Translations under genes and position numbers: made by a program | Shown here: piece by piece, positions 8,021-9,828 of the stretch | Layout: the number at the start of each line of letters is the position of its first letter | Position numbering within the stretch: the stretch's first letter is position 1 | The notes under the pieces: generated by a model | Told to the model about the DNA's origin: nothing | The model's input: the letters and a program-made list of their open reading frames with translations, nothing else | The model's database searches: none | NCBI GenBank assembly: GCA_013416795.1 | Contig: RQSC01001202.1 | Span: 227,115 to 236,942, forward strand | Source of the DNA: Prasinococcaceae sp. CCMP 1430 | Lineage: Eukaryota; Plantae; Prasinodermophyta | Direction: 5' to 3' | DNA: 9,828 nt

Positions 8021-8398
8021 GCACTGGTCGCCTTTCATGCAGAAGCCGCGGAACCAGTGGCGGCAGACGATCTGCCGAAACTTGCTCGCAGGCAAATCGC
8101 CGCGCGGGCCGTTGTCACCGTCGGCAGCGGCCGCGCCCTGTGCTCTGGCCCCCGCGCCGTTGGCGGAGGGTGTCGCGGGGGAAGAAGATGCGCGCCTGCT
8201 CCCTGCGGTGCCGCCTTCATCTCCGGGGCCTCGGTTGGGACGCCCGAGCGCCGTCGCGCCCGCGTGTGGCGCGGGCAAAATCTTGCCGTCCGTCAGCGCC
8301 GCATTCGCCAACGACGCCTGCAGCGCGGCGATTTGCTCGTCGCCGCTGAGGCTGCTGCTCGGCGTGCGCGGCGCCTTGTTCGGCGTGTCACCAGCGGT
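8021..8398 (-). CDS. Fragment of a CPSF30-like CCCH zinc-finger protein, open at the N and broken inside finger 1
   Basis: FRQIVCRHWFRGFCMKGDQC closely resembles the first finger of plant-type CPSF30 (recalled as FRQTVCRHWLRxLCMKGDACGFLH). The His and the later fingers are absent. Confidence 0.65.
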
Positions 8399-8399
8399 N
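8399..8399. other. Single-N junction between pieces C and D
   Basis: Poly-Pro coding sequence abuts the unrelated CPSF30-like sequence across the N. Confidence 0.95.
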
Positions 8400-9814
8400 G
8401 GAGGGGGCGGAGGAGGCGGGCTTGGAGGAGGCGGGCTCGGAGGAGGCGGGCTCGGAGGAGGAGGAGGAGGGGGCGGAGGAGGCGGGCTCGGAGGGGGCGG
8501 GCTCGGCGGAGGCGGGCTCGGAGGAGGAGGAGGAGGAGGAGGAGGAGGAGGAGGCGGGCTCGGCGGCGGACTCGGAGGAGAAGGTGGAGGAGTAGGAAGC
8601 TCAAGCACGTACGCGCTGCCGCTGTCGTCGCCGCCGTCGTCGTCGCCATAAGCGCCCACCAGCGCGTAGTCGCCCGAGAGCGCAACGCTGACGCCGAAGT
8701 TGTCATACTCCGCGCCGTCGCTGGCCACCAGCTTGGCCTGCTGCGACCACGACGTCCCGTCGCGCAAGAACACGTACGCGCTGCCGCTCCCGGAGCCGCT
8801 GTCGTCGTCCGCATAAGCGCCCACCAGCGCGTAGTCGCCCGAGAGCGCAACGCTGACGCCGAAGTTGTCATACTCCGCGCCGTCGCTGGCCACCAGCTTG
8901 GCCTGCTGCGACCACGACGTCCCGTCGCGCAAGAACACGTACGCGCTGCCGCTGGCGGAGCCGTCGTCGGCGTCCCAATAAGCGCCCACCAGCGCGTAGT
9001 CGCCCGAGAGCGCAACGCTGACGCCGAAGAGGTCATCCTGCGCGCCGTCGCTGGCTGTCAGCTTGGCCTGCTGCGACCACGACGTCCCCGACCGCAAGAA
9101 CACGTACGCGCTGCCGCTAAAGTCGCCGTTGTCGTCGTCCCTAGAAGCGCCCACCAGCGCGTAGTCGCCCGAGAGCGCCACGCTGACGCCGAAGAGGTCA
9201 TCCTGCGCGCCGTCGCTGGCTGTCAGCTTGGCCTGCTGCGACCACGACGCGCCATCGCGCAAGAACACGTACGCGCTGCCGCTGTCCTCGCCGCCGTCGT
9301 CGTCATAAGGAGCGCCCACCAGCGCGTAGTCGCCCGAGAGCGCCACGCTATAGCCGAAGTAGTCACCCACCGCGCCGTCGCCGGCCACCAGCTTGGCCTG
9401 CTGCCCCCACGACGTCCCGTCGCGCACGAACACGTACGCGCTGCCGCTCCCGGAGCCGCTGTCGTCGTCATAGAAAGCGCCAACCAGCGCGTACTCGCCC
9501 GAGAGCGCCACGCTCCAGCCAAAGTAGTCACCCTCCGCGCCGTCGCTGGCCGCCTCGAACCGGACGACGCTGGTGCTGCAGGGGCTCGCGTAAAAGACGT
9601 ACGCGCTGCCGCTGGAGGAGCCGCTGTCGTCGTCGTTATAGGCGCCCACCAGCGCGTAGTCGCCCGAGAGCGCCACGCTGTAGCCGAAGCGGTCATCGTA
9701 CGCGCCGTCGCTGGCCACCAGCTTGGACACTTCCTCTAGGGCGGCATGCGTCATGCGCACCGCCATGGTCGCCAGCATCGCAGCCCATGCAAGCAAGCGA
9801 CGAGGGGTCGGCAT
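8400..9814 (-). CDS. Second secreted FG-GAP 7-bladed propeller protein (paralog or allele), 3'-truncated in the Pro stalk
   Basis: Same signal peptide as the copy in C, seven FG-GAP repeats at about 165-nt period, then an SPPPP stalk running into the N. Confidence 0.88.
9555..9591. other. 37-nt block that is the unreversed complement of the homologous bases 7394-7430
   Basis: AGCTTGGCCTGCTGCGACCACGACGTCCCCGAGCGCA (C) vs TCGAACCGGACGACGCTGGTGCTGCAGGGGCTCGCGT (D): 37/37 complementary position by position, with identical flanks. Confidence 0.95.
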
Positions 9815-9828
9815 TTTGTTTTGTTGTT

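Noticed and set aside
8600-9730. Regular ~165-nt repeats resembling a CRISPR or satellite array
   Set aside because: They are protein-coding FG-GAP blades in one open frame, with no repeat-spacer structure or cas genes.
7898-9739. Long + strand ORFs opposite the FG-GAP genes (also 6094-6807)
   Set aside because: They are antisense shadows; stop codons are rare in GC-rich repetitive coding DNA.
7532-9814. 760-aa ORF suggesting an FG-GAP / CCCH zinc-finger fusion
   Set aside because: It crosses the N at 8399. Two unrelated pieces happen to be in frame, and the last part runs through non-coding leader and off-frame into the next gene.

Overview
Eukaryotic, very GC-rich (about 70% by eye, not computed), compact DNA that looks green-algal or prasinophyte-like; the lineage call is inference. 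The window is not one locus. Single N characters at 2135, 4049 and 8399 join four pieces: A 1-2134, B 2136-4048, C 4050-8398 and D 8400-9828. A holds an SFT2/Got1-family gene (+) converging on a TPR gene (-). B repeats 1281 bp of A, then switches abruptly to the region upstream of UBL5/Hub1 (+). C holds a 108-aa coiled-coil gene (-), a three-exon gene (-) and a CPSF30-like fragment that breaks inside its first CCCH finger. The three-exon gene encodes a secreted protein: signal peptide, 7 FG-GAP repeats, an SPPPP stalk and a Lys/Cys-rich tail. It has two mutually homologous introns and a 1-nt frameshift in a G run. D is a second, loop-diversified copy of the FG-GAP gene. The most unusual observation is 9555-9591 in D: it is the exact base-by-base complement, without reversal, of the 37 homologous bases in C (7394-7430), between identical flanks. 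An ordinary inversion cannot produce this. It is probably a technical or computational artefact and needs raw-read checking. No rRNA, tRNA, CRISPR array or transposase was seen.
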